DNA from: Candidatus Sumerlaeaceae bacterium
GTDB taxonomy: Bacteria > Sumerlaeota > Sumerlaeia > Sumerlaeales > Sumerlaeaceae
Assembly: GCA_051003195.1 (NCBI GenBank)
Contig: JBPCLP010000038.1
Coordinates: 1-27,274, forward strand
DNA: 27,274 nucleotides
Reading direction: 5' to 3'
Part shown: positions 27,150 to 27,274 of the stretch, piece by piece
How the letters are laid out: each line of letters begins with the position of its first letter
Position numbering within the stretch: position 1 is the first letter of the stretch
Position numbers and translations under genes: made by a program
Notes under the pieces: model-generated
What the model was told of the DNA's origin: nothing
The model's database searches: none
Seen by the model: only the letters and a program-made list of their open reading frames with translations

Positions 27150-27179
27150 GGCGGGAGAAGAGTCCGCTCTTTTCCCGCC
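27150..27179 (+). terminator. Stem-loop after the beta-helix gene (terminator-like, weak U-tail)
   Basis: GGCGGGAGAAGAG-TCCG-CTCTTTTCCCGCC, 13-bp stem with one G-U pair, 12 nt after the stop. Confidence 0.6.
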
Positions 27180-27212
27180 CGATTCCACTGTGTTGTATTT
27201 GATAATCGCATA

Positions 27213-27274
27213 ATGAAACGGTCTATGAAACCTCGCGCGTCTACTCTGATCGAATTACTGATCGTGGTTGCCAT
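27213..27274 (+). CDS. Prepilin-type N-terminal domain protein, 5' fragment; runs off the right edge
   Basis: Not in the ORF track. ATG 27213/27225 gives MKRSMKPRA|STLIELLIVVA, a pilin N-terminal helix with E+5. Confidence 0.8.
   Translation, partial: MKRSMKPRASTLIELLIVVA

Noticed and set aside
1..27274. A complete DGR, intact intron, IS, prophage or defence system
   Set aside because: No reverse transcriptase, transposase, integrase, phage or defence-type ORF is recognisable in the window.

Overview
GC-rich bacterial chromosomal window. Several protein signatures suggest Candidatus Sumerlaeota (BRC1); this is an inference from recalled motifs: lineage-type prepilin proteins, a golvesin/Xly-like C-terminal domain, and a C-terminal 'xVxxWxLY' tail. 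The left end holds the 5' part of a secreted FG-GAP repeat gene (1-723, minus) that the ORF track missed. It has near-identical 147-bp repeats with a few hypervariable codons and a (CT)n tract in the signal peptide, and what looks like a short group II intron remnant lies upstream. A carbohydrate-utilisation region follows: two GH78 rhamnosidase-family enzymes, a Gfo/Idh/MocA oxidoreductase, two TIM-barrel sugar isomerase/epimerases, a LacI regulator with palindromic operators, a GH36/27-like alpha-galactosidase and a pilin-like gene, interrupted by a peptidoglycan amidase with a six-repeat propeller. The right half encodes envelope or secreted proteins: a PHP-golvesin fusion, an operon ending in a TMTC-like GT-C glycosyltransferase, a HEAT-like protein, a clan GH-A-like enzyme, a beta-helix protein with a candidate sorting tail, and the start of a second prepilin-like gene. 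No tRNA, rRNA, CRISPR array, transposase or reverse transcriptase is visible. All family calls are from motif reading, not database searches.
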